64,000 nucleotides of DNA, taken from the NCBI GenBank assembly GCA_028023455.1, contig JAQFVV010000002.1:30442001-30506000 (forward strand), in the 5' to 3' direction. How positions within the stretch are numbered: the first letter of the stretch is position 1; every line of letters begins with the position of its first letter. The notes under the pieces were generated by a model. That model searched no databases and was not told the DNA's origin. It was given only the letters and a program-made list of their open reading frames with translations. The translations under genes were made by a program, and so were the position numbers. The stretch is from Epiperipatus broadwayi (lineage: Eukaryota > Animalia > Onychophora). This document shows, piece after piece, positions 63,351 through 64,000 of this stretch.

Positions 63351-63509
63351 TCGTTGTACTGGGAAAGTTGTTATCGTGTCAAATAAAAATTGTATTATTG
63401 TCAACGAATTCTACTAACATCACTATAAGTGTAATAGCAGTCAAAGGAAATTTTTCAAAACAGAAAAATTAAAAAAAATTTATGCAATGTATCATAATCA
63501 GTTAATTAC

Positions 63510-63770
63510 TTGCCAAAAACGTTGCTAACATCAGCTAGGGAAAAGATTTATTCGGTCTCTTTATTTATTAACAGTAGCTGATTACACTTCTGATTAAAAA
63601 AGCCAGATTCATAGTGCTCATAAGGTTGCTGAGATATTGCAATATTTATAGGTAATATTATGAATACTAAGTATGGCTTCTCTACCGAAAGCATGCTCAG
63701 CTATTGTTAATAAATAAAGAGACAGAATAAACCTTTTCCTTAGCCAACATTAGAAATGTTTTTGTCAACT
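63510..63770. mobile_element. Foldback with decayed ATGAATA-type HHR-like motif
   Basis: Arms ~63515-63580 and ~63697-63765; ATGAATA (63660-63666), then GG..CC-GAAA-GCATGC-TC-AGCT (63674-63702). Confidence 0.65.
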
Positions 63771-64000
63771 AATTATAAACAAAATAAGAAAAAGAATAAC
63801 AACTTCAAATATTACATAACAAATTAAATGATTTGGCAACAATTTGTATATAAAACAATCCATTATAAAAAAGTTATCAAGCTATTTGTTGTAACTAAAG
63901 CATAACTTTTTTTTTTTCTATAACTTTTTAAATTATATTTGAATTTGCATTTTTTAGTTTTATAATTTTTAATTTTTTTAATATTTATTTTAAACCACTA

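Overview
Very AT-rich, CpG-depleted eukaryotic (most likely arthropod) genomic DNA dominated by decayed mobile elements. The only host gene I recognise is the first coding exon of a WDR26 (CTLH/GID complex subunit) orthologue on the minus strand near 36 kb, in a locally CpG-rich promoter. I found no downstream WDR26 exon, so 1-35.7 kb is probably one long intron. The rest comprises a Ty3/Gypsy pol remnant, two long and many short RTE-clade LINE copies, mariner, pogo and hAT remnants, tRNA-derived SINEs, a Penelope-like (PLE) GIY-YIG remnant and several tandem repeats. Two signals stand out. First, about 17 foldback or head-to-tail elements from at least four multi-copy families and several single-copy elements carry minimal type I hammerhead ribozyme (HHR) motifs with palindromic stem III, with direct evidence of circular permutation and target-site duplication (retrozyme/PLE-like). 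They include a recurrent non-canonical core ATGAATA that replaces the C3:G8 tertiary pair with A3:U8. Second, an AUG-less in-frame N-terminal extension of WDR26 closely resembles the non-AUG-initiated extension of human WDR26 as I recall it. All coordinates were counted by hand. Boundaries of decayed elements are approximate (tens of bp). Family names A, B, C and E are my own labels.
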